From an uncultured Planctomycetota bacterium (lineage in GTDB: Bacteria; Planctomycetota; Planctomycetia; Gemmatales; Gemmataceae): a stretch of 64,000 nt of DNA. Within the stretch, counting starts at the first letter, position 1; each line of letters opens with the position of its first letter. The notes below the pieces were generated by a model, which was given only the letters and a program-made list of their open reading frames with translations, made no database searches and had not been told where the DNA came from. A program made the translations under genes and the position numbers. The DNA lies in the NCBI GenBank assembly GCA_963849325.1, contig CAWKHF010000010.1:416001-480000 (forward strand), given 5' to 3'. Positions 30,157 to 40,660 of the stretch are shown one piece after another.

Positions 30157-30704
30157 ATGAGCCAATCGGCACGAGTCGGTTCCATCGAGGCGCTCGAGGC
30201 GCTGCAAGCCGCGCTGGCTCGCTTCGGGCCGCAGGCGCGGGAAGCGCTCGGCGCCGCCGAGATCGAGGTTCGCCGCGTTTTCGACTACTTGCACGACCAA
30301 CTCGCTCATTGGCAGCGGCAGGTCGAGAAGCGGCACGAAGACGTCAACCGCGCGCGCGCCGACCTCGCTCACGCTCGCGCCATCCGCCAGGGCGAACGCA
30401 GCGGCTACGTCGAGCAGGAGATGGCCTTGCGCAAGGCGCAGCGCGGCTGCGCGAGGCCGAGGAGAAAGTGGTGGTCGTCAAGCGCTGGCTGCTGCACTTG
30501 CCGCAGACCGTCAACGAATACGAGGGACCGGCTCGCCGCCTGGCCGGTCTGCTCGACGCCGACCTCCAACAGGGCGTCGTCGTCCTGGAGAACAAAATCA
30601 AAATCCTCGAAGCCTACTCCGCCCTGGAAGTGCCTCCCTCCGCGTCGCCGGTCCCGGCCGCCCCGACGACGACTCCCCCACCCTCTCCGGGAGGACCATC
30701 ATGA
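30157..30704 (+). CDS. helical coiled-coil protein of the WXG100 operon (~180 aa); frameshift near 30445
   Basis: MSQSARVGSIEALEALQAALARF... continues in a second frame (RLREAEEKVVVVKRW...ILEAY); its stop overlaps the next ATG. Confidence 0.7.
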
Positions 30705-30913
30705 GTCTGTCCACCGCGTCGATCAGTCTGGCCGACGGGTTGAAGACAGTCGGAGTCCACTGGGATGAGGCCCGCGCGGGCTGGGACGATCCCGTCAGCC
30801 GCGACTTCGAGAATGACTACTGGATTCCCCTGCAAATCCAGGTCGAGACCACCTTGCAAGCCCTCGAACGCCTCGCCCCCATCCTGGAACGCGCCCGGCG
30901 AGAATGTTCTTAA
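30701..30913 (+). CDS. short WXG100-like protein (W-x-D variant)
   Basis: 70 aa, GGAGG RBS, HWDEARAGWDDPVSRDF motif, helical; ATGA-coupled to the upstream gene. Confidence 0.7.
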   Translation: MSLSTASISLADGLKTVGVHWDEARAGWDDPVSRDFENDYWIPLQIQVETTLQALERLAPILERARRECS

Positions 30914-30954
30914 CAATGCCGAAGCATTGTTGCTTGAAGAAGGTAGAACCCGTC

Positions 30955-33900
30955 ATGACGGAACCCTCCTTGATCGCCCGGCAACGAGTGTTGTTGCGAG
31001 AGCTGATTCAGCGAGCCGCCGAGCGCGCCCACGCCGAGCCGGCCATCGCGGCGGCGTTTCAGGAACAGGTGGATGCGGTCGAGAACGAGTTCGCCGATGG
31101 CCGCGATGCCGTCAACGGCCGTCTCCAGCGCGAGCAGGAAGAGAACGAACGTCAGTTCGAGCAGGCCCGCGCCAGCATCGAGGCACGTTACAATGTCGAA
31201 CAGGACACCGCCAACCGCGACTATAACGAGGCCCACGAGGAGATTGTCACACGCGAGAAGTTCGAGAAGAAAGCCGCCGAGGCCGCCTACAAGGAAGCGT
31301 GCTGGACCATCGGCGCCGTCCTGGAAGGGGCCATCAACGAGGCCGAGCAGGAGGTGCGCGAGAACAAGACGCGCCTGATGAACCGTCTCGACAACCTGCA
31401 CACCATCCACAAAGAGGCCCGAGCGCTGCTGGAGGAGTGGAAGCAGTCCGCCAAGGAATTGGAGGCGTCGGCCCGCGACTCCTCTCCGGCCGACCCGAGC
31501 ACCGCGCCGCCCAAGCTGTCCGAATGCGTGGTCGAGGCGCAACGTCTTCTCGAACAGCTGCAGGAACTGGTCGTGCCGCGCTATCTCAAGGCCCGTCGCT
31601 TCTTCGCCATGGTCGTGTTCGTGTGGCTGGCGTCGATCCTGCCGCTGGGGTTCCTGGCCGGACGCATCTGGGGAAAATCGGAGTTGTCGTGGACCCTCAT
31701 CCTGGGCCTTATCGCCAGCAGCTTGACCGTGCTCGCGATTGGCCCCTTTCTGCAAATGCTGCTCGCCGCCGTGGCGCGCAGCCAGATCCGCCACCATTAC
31801 GAACCGCTGTATCAAACCATCCTGGAGGCGGAGAGCACCCGGCAACTGCTGCTGGACCGCTACGAAAACGAAAGCCGGCAGCGCGTCCTGGAGTCCAAGA
31901 AACAACACAATGAGGAGGTCCGCCGCGCTCACACGGCCTACCGCCAACAGCGCGCCGCCAGCAAACGCCGCCTCGAGCAGGATCTGCCTCCCGTCGAGGA
32001 CCGTTATCGGGACCGTCAGCGCGAGAGCGAGCGGCAACGCGCCGCCGATCTCCACCGCGTCCGCGAGATGTACGAGCATCGCCTCCTCGAAATCCAGCAG
32101 CGCCACGACGAGGACATGCGGCAACTCCAGGCCCGCCGCGAGCAATTGCTCCAGGAAGTCCAGCAACACCGTGACGCCGACTGGAATACCCTGGTCGAGG
32201 ATTGGCGGCAAGCCATGAACGGGCTGCAAACGAGCGTCGCCGAGATCAACGAGACGACGCGCCGCTTGATGCCTGGCTGGGACGATCCCTCCTGGCAGCA
32301 GTGGCAACCGCCCGCGACCATTCCGCCGGTGTTGCGCCTCGGCCAGTATCACATCCGGCTCGACCAGGTTCCCAAGGGCGTCCCGGCTGACCCCGGCCTG
32401 CGGGCGTTGACTCCGGCCGCGTTCGAGCTGCCGGCCCTGTGCGACTTCCCCGCCCGTTCGTCGCTGCTGCTGCAAGCCGCGACGCGGGCCGAACCGTCGC
32501 CGTGCAGACGCTGCAGACCATCGTCTTCCGCCTGCTCACCTCGATGCCGGCCGGTAAGGTGCGCTTCGTCATCGTCGATCCGGTCGGCCTGGGCCAGAAC
32601 TTCGCCGCCTTCATGCACCTGGCCGACTACGACGAGATGCTGGTCGCCAGCCGTATCTGGACGGAGACGCCGCACATCGAGCAGCGCCTGGCCGACCTGA
32701 CGCTGCACATGGAGAACGTCATCCAGAAATACCTGCGCAACCAGTACGAAACCATCATGGATTACAACGCCCACGCCGGCGAGGTGGCCGAGCCGTTCCG
32801 CGTCCTCGTCGTCGCCAACTTCCCCGTCAACTTCAGCCCCGAGGCGATCCGCCGGCTGATCAGCATCACGCAGAGCGGGCCGCGCTGCGGCGTCTTGACG
32901 CTGCTCAGCGTGGACACGCAAGGTGCCGCTGCCCAAGGGCTTCGACCTCGCCGACCTCGAAGCCGAACAGCCTGAACTTCGCCTGGGACGGACAGCGCTT
33001 CCGCTGGAAGGACGCCGATTTCGCGGCCTATCCGCTGACGCTGGAGGCACCGCCGGACAACGACTTCGCCAACCGCATTCTGGGGCAGGTCGGCGAAGCG
33101 GCTCGGAACGCGCAGCGCGTCGAGGTGCCGTTCGAGTTCATCGCGCCGGCGGCGGAGGAGTGGTGGCACGCCGACAGCCGCCGCGGTCTGCGCGTGGCCC
33201 TGGGCCGCGCCGGGGCGACGCAGCGGCAGTGCCTCGATCTGGGCAAGGGCACGGCGCAGCACGCCCTCGTCGCCGGCAAGACCGGCTCCGGCAAATCGAC
33301 CCTGCTGCACGCCCTCATCACCAACCTCGCCCTGCTGTACAGTCCCGACGAGGTCGAGCTGTACCTGATCGACTTCAAGAAGGGCGTCGAATTCAAGACC
33401 TACGCCGTCCACGAATTGCCGCACGCCCGCGTCGTCGCCATCGAGAGCGAGCGCGAGTTCGGCCTGAGCGTCTTGCAGCGGCTGGACGCGGAACTGCGAC
33501 AGCCGCGGCGAACGCTTCCGCGATGCTCGCGCCCAGGACCTGAACGCCTACCGCCAGGCCGTGCCCGATGCGCGAATGCCGCGTATCCTGCTCATCGTCG
33601 ATGAGTTCCAGGAGTTCTTCACCGAGGACGACCGCATCTCGCAGGAGGCGGCCCAGCTGCTCGATCGCCTGGTCCGCCAGGGCCGAGCTTTCGGCATGCA
33701 CGTCCTGCTCGGCTCGCAGACGCTCGGCGGCGCTTACACGCTGGCCCGCAGCACCATCGATCAGATGGCCGTGCGCATCGCCTTGCAGTGCAGCGAGGCC
33801 GACGCCCACCTGATCCTCAGCGACGACAACTCGGCTGCTCGCCTGCTGTCGCGTCCCGGCGAGGCGATCTACAACGACGCCAACGGTCTGGTCGAGGGCA

Positions 33901-34919
33901 ACAATCCCTTCCAGGTGGTCTGGCTCGGCGACGATCGCCGCGAGCAATACCTGAACGCACATCCGGGAGCTGACGCGGCAGCGCCCGCCGAAGCTGCTGG
34001 AAGCGCCGGTCGTCTTCGAGGGCAACGCCCCGGCCGACGTCGGCCGCAATCATCTGCTCAACCAATGGCTGCGCGAGCCGGTGACCACCGAGGACGCGGG
34101 CCGGCAGGGTCAGCTCGCCTGGCTGGGCGAGGCGATGGCCATCAACGACCTGACCGCCGCTCCCTTTCGCCGCCATCACGGCAGCAATCTGCTCCTCATC
34201 GGCCAGCAGGAAGAGACCGCCCTGGGCATGTTGGCGACGGCCATCGTCAGCCTCGCCGCCCAGATGACGGCGAGCGAATCGACCCGCGCTTCTACCTCGT
34301 GGACGGCCGGCAAGCCGACGTTCCGACCGAGGGACCATTGGCTCGCTTGCCGGAGGTGCTGCCGCAGACGATCCGCCTGGCCGGCTGGCGCGACGCCCCG
34401 GCGATCATGGCCGAGCTGACCGCCGAGGTCGAGCGCCGGCAGAAGGAGGCCGGCAATCCGCCGTCGATCTACCTCGTCCTCTTCGGCGTGCAGCGCCTGC
34501 GCGACCTGCGACGCCAGGAGGATGATTTCAGCTTCATGCGCAAGGGCGAGGAAACGGCCAACCCCGCCCAGCAGTTCGCCACGCTGCTGCGCGAAGGCTC
34601 CGTCCTGGGCATCCACACCCTGATGTGGTGCGACACGCTCAACAACCTGCAGCGCACCCTCGACCGTCAGGCGATGCGCGAGTTGACCCTGCGCGTCGTC
34701 TTCCAGATGAACGTCGCCGATTCGAGCAACCTGATCGATAGCCCGCTGGCCAGCAAGCTCGGCCTGCACCGCGCCCTGTTCTTCAGCGAGGAGGACGGCC
34801 GGCTCGACAAGTTCCGGCCCTATGGCCTACCTTCGGAGACTTGGTTGAGGCACGTGCGGGAGCAATTGCAGCGCCGCGTCGAGACAAAGGAAGGCGTAAC
34901 GCTTGGCGCGAGCGATTGA
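30955..34919 (+). CDS. FtsK/SpoIIIE-family ATPase (EccC/EssC-like, ~1300 aa); about six frameshifts
   Basis: Coiled coil, two TM helices, coiled coil, degenerate RecA-like domain (VRFVIVDPVGLG), intact domain (HALVAGKTGSGKST; LIDFKKGVEF; ILLIVDEFQE; RQGRAFGMH), degenerate domain (NLLLIG...LREGSVLGIH). Confidence 0.88.
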
Positions 34920-34996
34920 GGCGTGGATGCTATACCGCCGACTTCTCTCCCGATACTTTCTCCTCTTTCCTTTCCTGTGAGGGGGTTATTAGGAAC

Positions 34997-35260
34997 ATGA
35001 TGCGAAAGCAAAGAAAAAACCTAGGACGCTACCTAGTCATTGATCCAACGATCTGTCATGGCAAGCCAACTTTCCTGGGCACGCGGATCATGGTGACGCA
35101 GGTACTGAAACAGGTCGGCCGGGGAATGCCCTGGGACGCGATTATGGCCGAGTGGCGCGGCAGCATTACCAAAAATGCGATTGCCGAAGCGATAGAGCTT
35201 GCCCAACGCACTTTTGAGGAACATGCGGCGGACTACGCCTACGAGTTCCAGCCGGCATGA
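34997..35260 (+). CDS. DUF433 domain protein (putative type II TA antitoxin)
   Basis: IDPTICHGKPTFLGTRIMVTQVL...GMPWDAIMAEW...ITKNAIAEAI. Confidence 0.88.
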   Translation: MMRKQRKNLGRYLVIDPTICHGKPTFLGTRIMVTQVLKQVGRGMPWDAIMAEWRGSITKNAIAEAIELAQRTFEEHAADYAYEFQPA

Positions 35261-35423
35261 ACATACTGGCGGCGGCCCACTCGCGCAATGGACAGCCGGA
35301 AGTTTGCTCCCTTCCTCCATATACTCTCTGCACCAGGGGGCGCGCCTCGCCAGGGAGCGGTGCGCAGACTTTTTCCATTCGCGGTCGGCGCGGAGACCCC
35401 GCAATCATCGGGAGGCGAACATC

Positions 35424-37703
35424 ATGACGAGCGCGTGGCGAAGGCGACAGGTAGGGGTATTCGGCGTTTTGGTCCTGCTCGGGTGGACGGCGGCCACGAC
35501 GGCGGCGGATTGGCAACCGGCCAAGGGGTCCCTGATGACGCGCTGGGCCAAGGACGTCAAAGCAGATAAGCCGCACCCTGAATATCCGCGCCCGCAGATG
35601 CAGCGCGAGAAATGGATGAACCTCAACGGACTGTGGCAACTCTCCTTCGCGGGCAAGGACGAAGCCGTCCCGACCGGCAAGGACTTGCCCGAGCGTATCC
35701 TCGTGCCCTTCCCGGTGGAATCCGCTCTGTCGGGGATGATGAAGCATGCGGATCGGTTGTGGTATCGCCGCTTCTTCACCGTCCCGAAGGAGTGGGCCGG
35801 CCAGCGCGTGCTGCTGCACTTCGGCGCCGTGGACTGGGAGGCGAAGGTGTGGGTCAACGACAAGGAGTTGGGCAGCCATCGCGGCGGCTACGACGCCTTC
35901 CATTTCGACATCACCGACGCCCTGAAAAAGGATGGCGAGCAGGAGGTGATCGTCGGCGTCTGGGACCCGACCGACGCCGGCAAGCAGCCGCGCGGCAAGC
36001 AGGTCCGCAAGCCGGGCGGCATCTTTTACACGCCGACGACCGGCATCTGGCAGACGGTGTGGCTGGAACCCGTGCCGCGCACCAGCATCGAGGGGCTCCA
36101 CATAATCCCGGACATCGACGCCAAGCAGGTCACCATCCATACCACCCTGCGCGGCGACAAGATCAAACACCGCCTCCAGGCGGTGGCGCGCGACGGCGGC
36201 AAGGTTATCGCCAAGCAGGCAGGCACCTCCGGCTCTACGCTCGTTCTGACGCTGCCGGAGCCGAAACTGTGGTCGCCCGACCAACCGTTCCTGTACGATT
36301 TGGCGATCGATCTCTACGGCGAAAACACGCAGCCGAACCAGAAAATCGATAGCGTCAAGAGTTACTTCGGCATGAGGAAGATCAGCGTCGGCCCGGACAA
36401 GGAGGGCGTCACGCGCCTGCTGCTCAACAATCAATTCGTCTTCCAGGTCGGCCCACTCGATCAGGGCTTTTGGCCCGACGGACTGTATACCTCTCCGACC
36501 GACGAAGCCCTCAAGTACGACATCGAGATCACCAAAAAGCTCGGCTTCAACATGACGCGCAAGCACGTCAAGGTCGAGCCGGAGCGCTGGTACTACTGGT
36601 GCGACAAGCTCGGCTTGCTGGTGTGGCAGGACATGCCCTCCGGCGACAAGAGCATACGCCCCTCCGACCCCGATTTGGAGCGCAGTCCCGAATCGGCCAA
36701 GCAATACGAACGAGAGTTACAACGCATGATCGACGGACTCCGCAATCATCCGTCGATTGTGACGTGGGTCGTCTTCAACGAAGGCTGGGGGCAGTTCGAC
36801 ACGGTGCGCATCACGGAATGGACCAAGAAATACAACCCTTCACGCCTGGTCGATTGCGCCAGCGGCTGGGCCGACCGTCCGGTCGGCGACATGCACGACA
36901 TCCACGTCTACCCCGGACCCGGCTCGCCACAACCGGAGCCGAAGCGAGCGGCAGTGCTCGGCGAATTCGGCGGTCTGGGCCTGGGCGTCGATGGCCACAC
37001 CTGGGAGAAAAAAACGTGGGGCTACCGCCCGGCCAAGGGCAAGGACGACCTCACCCGCAAGTACGAGAGGCTGCTGCAAGGCGCGTACAAGCTCAAGGAC
37101 AAGCCCGGCCTGAATGCGGCCGTCTATACGCAAATCACCGATGTGGAGACGGAGGCCAACGGGCTGCTGACCTACGATCGCGCGGTCATCAAGGTCGATC
37201 TCGAGCGCGTCGCCGCGGCGAACCGGGGCGACTTCGCGCGTGTGCCGCGGCAAGTCGTCGTCGTGCCGACCTCGAAGGAAAGGGGGTTGAGCTGGCGTTA
37301 CACGTTCGACAAGCCCGCCGAAGGTTGGTTCAAGACGGATTTCAAAGATACGAATTGGAAGGAAGGCGTCGGCGGCTTCGGCACGCACAAGACGCCGGGC
37401 GCCGTCGTCCGCACGGTTTGGGACACGCCGGACATCTGGTTGCGGCGGACGTTCGAGCTGCCCGCGAACGCTCCCAAGGAGTTGCACTTGCTGCTGCACC
37501 ACGACGAGGACGCGGAAATCTACGTCAACGGCATCCTGGCCGCCAAGGTTGGCGGCTTCGTCAGCGATTACGAGGAAGTGGAGATCCGTCCCGAGGCGCT
37601 GGCGGCACTGAAACCGGGCCAGAACACCCTCGCCATCCACTGCAAGCAGACCGGCGGCGGCCAGTACATCGACGCCGGCCTCATCGCCTACAAGAAGAAG
37701 TAA
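35424..37703 (+). CDS. secreted glycoside hydrolase family 2 with a C-terminal galactose-binding-like domain
   Basis: Signal peptide; HPEYPRPQ, LHFGAVDW, GPLDQGFWPDG, RKHVKVE, acid/base FNEGWGQ and nucleophile LGEFGG. Confidence 0.92.
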   Translation: MTSAWRRRQVGVFGVLVLLGWTAATTAADWQPAKGSLMTRWAKDVKADKPHPEYPRPQMQREKWMNLNGLWQLSFAGKDEAVPTGKDLPERILVPFPVESALSGMMKHADRLWYRRFFTVPKEWAGQRVLLHFGAVDWEAKVWVNDKELGSHRGGYDAFHFDITDALKKDGEQEVIVGVWDPTDAGKQPRGKQVRKPGGIFYTPTTGIWQTVWLEPVPRTSIEGLHIIPDIDAKQVTIHTTLRGDKIKHRLQAVARDGGKVIAKQAGTSGSTLVLTLPEPKLWSPDQPFLYDLAIDLYGENTQPNQKIDSVKSYFGMRKISVGPDKEGVTRLLLNNQFVFQVGPLDQGFWPDGLYTSPTDEALKYDIEITKKLGFNMTRKHVKVEPERWYYWCDKLGLLVWQDMPSGDKSIRPSDPDLERSPESAKQYERELQRMIDGLRNHPSIVTWVVFNEGWGQFDTVRITEWTKKYNPSRLVDCASGWADRPVGDMHDIHVYPGPGSPQPEPKRAAVLGEFGGLGLGVDGHTWEKKTWGYRPAKGKDDLTRKYERLLQGAYKLKDKPGLNAAVYTQITDVETEANGLLTYDRAVIKVDLERVAAANRGDFARVPRQVVVVPTSKERGLSWRYTFDKPAEGWFKTDFKDTNWKEGVGGFGTHKTPGAVVRTVWDTPDIWLRRTFELPANAPKELHLLLHHDEDAEIYVNGILAAKVGGFVSDYEEVEIRPEALAALKPGQNTLAIHCKQTGGGQYIDAGLIAYKKK

Positions 37704-37841
37704 AACCACGAATCACACGAATCACACGAATAAAAGACAAAAAGAATAGCAAAGGAGCTGACCGAGCGCAGTTCGGTCTCCCTTCTCCTTATTGTGCTTT
37801 TATTGTCTTCGATTCGTGTGATTCGTGTGATTCGTGGTTTT
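37702..37841. repeat. inverted short-tandem-repeat hairpin, 9-nt unit CACACGAAT / ATTCGTGTG
   Basis: AAAACCACGAATCACACGAATCACACGAAT...ATTCGTGTGATTCGTGTGATTCGTGGTTTT, between convergent genes. Confidence 0.9.
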
Positions 37842-40461
37842 GTTCCTGGATTTGGGCGCGGAGGAGCTTATAGTCGGTTTTGCCCGTGCCCAGGACGGGG
37901 ATGCGTTCGACCTGTCGCACTTCATCGAGCCGCATGACGCCGCGGAAACCCTCTTCGAGCAAGCGTGCATTGGCGTCGCGCAAATTCATCGGCTCCGTCG
38001 TGAACAGCACGATGCGCCGACCGGACTCGGTCTCGACGCCCTCGACGGCCACGCGCGGCCCGTCCTTGGTCGGCGGATAGATGCGGATGAACGGTTCTTC
38101 CAAGGCCGGCAGCGAGATCATTTCGCCGCCCGCCTTCAGGAAGCGCTTCAGCCGGCCACCGAAGTGGATAAAACCGTCGTCGTCGATGTGGACCAGATCG
38201 CCGGTGACGTACCAGCGTTTGCCGTCGCGCTGCTGAAACGGCGACGGGCCATCGTAAGCGATGTAGCCGGGGAAGACGGTCGGACCGCTGACAAGCAACA
38301 TGCCGAGTTGGTTGGCCGGCAGTTCCTTGTCCGATTCCAGATCGACCACGCACACCTCGACGCCAGGTAGCGGCTTGCCGAGCGTGCCCGGACGGTTGGC
38401 ATGGACCGTGTTGGCCGACACGACCGGCGAGCATTCCGTGATGCCGTAGCCCTCCAGCAACGTCGCTCCCGGCACCAGCCGGGCGCAGCGCTCGCGCACG
38501 CTCGGCGGACATTTCTCGGCGCCGACGATGACCAGACGCAAGGACGTCAACTGCTCCGGCTCCGCTCGTTCGAGGATGTAACTGACGAAGGTCGGTGTGC
38601 CGGCGACGATGGTCGGACGATATGCCCCGATCTTGCGCCAGGCCGGAAGCATCGGTCGGATCGGGGTGGTGGACCACGCGCATGCCGCCCAGCAGCGGCA
38701 GCACGCCGGTCACGGACATGCCGAAACTGTGAAAGGCCGGCAGGAAACCGAGAATCGAATCGCGGCGGGCCAGGCCGAGGAACGGGATGCCGTTGCGTTG
38801 ATTGGTGAGAATGTTTTGATGCGTCAGCGGGACCGCCTTGGGTGCTTTTTCCGAGCCGCTGGTGAAGAGCACCACGGCAGGCTGGTCCGGAGAGACATGG
38901 GGGACGTGCTTGCGGACGGAGCCAGGCAGCCAACGCACGCCCAGCAGCGTGCGGAGCAACTCGACCTTGCCCATGCCCTTGCGCAGCGTCTCCAGGTGCA
39001 GGTACTCGACACCCTCGATCTCAATACCGGTGCGGTCGATGAAGGCGCGCGAGGTAACGACATGGGTTAGTTCCATGATACGAGCGGCATGGGCCAGGTT
39101 CGCCGGGCCGGTCGTCCAGTTGAGGAGGACAGGCAGCTTGCCGGCCAGGTGCAGGGCCATGAAGGCCGTGTCGCAGGCCACCGAGGCGGGCAGCATCAGA
39201 CCGACGTTGGCTGACGGCAACTTGGCGAAACGCCGGCTCATCGCCAGCGCCCCCGTCAGCATTCGCTCGTAGGGGACGGCGCCGGCCATGTCGTCGGCGG
39301 TAGCCACGTCGCGCGGGTTGGCCAGGGCACGGGCGATGAAGGCTTCGGCGATGGTCTCGCCCAGGATCTCCATCGCCCCCTCCTGCGCGAGCGGAGCGAA
39401 CCAGCCGGCCGGCGGCGGTTTCGGAGGGCCCTTCTCGACCAAGCCCTGAGCCAGCGCCCACAACTGGCCCAGCGTCATCGGCACCTGGTCCGACGTGAAG
39501 CCATACTGCTGCTCAACGCGCAGGTTCAGCTCCATGCGATCCAGACTATCCAGCCCCAGTTGGTCGAAGGTGGTATCCGGTTTCTGTTCGTCCTCCGTCA
39601 GCGCCCGGCCGAGCTTGTCCGCAATCATGTGCGTGACGGCCTCGCGGACCTCCGGTTTGATCTGCCCCGGATCGGCCTCGGCCAGCCCCGTGATCTTGGG
39701 GAAGTCGAAGGTGCGCCGGCCGAAGGCGAAGTGATACGGCACATAGGTAGGCGCCTCGGGACCACCTTCGTTGTACCAACTCTCGAACCAGGGGTTGAGC
39801 GTCTCACGGCGCAGCTCGGGCAGCCGGGCACGATCGACCCGTTCGATGGTGAGTTCGACCCGGCGACGCGGCATGAGCACCATCAGGTTGGCTAGCAGCC
39901 AGCCGACGCCGGCGGCGTAACGACCGATGAGATGGGGGTGCTCGCCGGTCTGGGCGTAGCCGAACATGCTGCCCCAGAGGCCGCGCGTGCGCACCCGCAC
40001 GACCGTCGCCTCGGGCACCGCCTGCAAAATGTCGGCCAGGGCGCGGCGCCGCCGAGCCTTTCCACGCCGTCGCGCTGGGTGTGTCCCGATGGCCAAAGGA
40101 TGTAATTCTCGCCGTTGCGCAGGCCGGCGATGACCACCTCGACCGCCTTCTGCGCCCGCGAACGCGCCTTGGCGCTGGCCTGGTCCAAATCCGGGACACG
40201 CACCGCGTTGAGAAGCTTTACCAGCAGAGACAGGAAGGGGTTGTTGAAATGGCCCTCGAAGACCATCGGCCGCGGCTTCAGTGACGGCCACACGGCGGCG
40301 AGCACGAGCAGCGGATCGACCAGTCCCGGATGATTGGGCAGGACGAGGACCGGACCTTTCAGGTTGCGAACCTGCTCCAGCCCGTGAACGCGGACGCGGT
40401 AGCGCAGCGATACGAACAGTCGCGTCAAGATCCATAACAAGTAGCGCAATGGCAAGAGCAT
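37789..40461 (-). CDS. Aas-like fusion: PlsC acyltransferase + acyl carrier domain + AMP-dependent acyl ligase; frameshifts near 40045 and 38655
   Basis: NHPGLVD (HxxxxD), GLDSLD phosphopantetheine site, FTSGSEKAPKAV, EGYGITE, YVTGD and GTGKTDY. Confidence 0.85.
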
Positions 40462-40563
40462 CACATCCCCTCTCGAAAAACGGATCGTGCCGGCGCAGCG
40501 ATCCGTGCAGCACTGTATCTGAAAAAATCAGGCACGGCCAGAGGGGTGATGTCACGGCAGGCG

Positions 40564-40635
40564 CGTAGGGTGGGCCGAGCTTGCGAGGCCCACCAGGTCC
40601 GCTTGGTGGGCCTCGCAAGCTCGGCCCACCCTACG
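40564..40635. repeat. GTAG-type REP doublet (palindrome)
   Basis: CGTAGGGTGGGCCGAGCTTGCGAGGCCCACCA...TGGTGGGCCTCGCAAGCTCGGCCCACCCTACG. Confidence 0.85.
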
Positions 40636-40660
40636 GCAGACCCTTTCCGCGGAAGACGTG

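Noticed and set aside
30955-34919. Cell-division DNA translocase FtsK or a conjugative coupling protein
   Set aside because: It has tandem RecA-like domains, no gamma domain, no relaxase or T4SS genes nearby, and is in an operon with WXG100-like genes.
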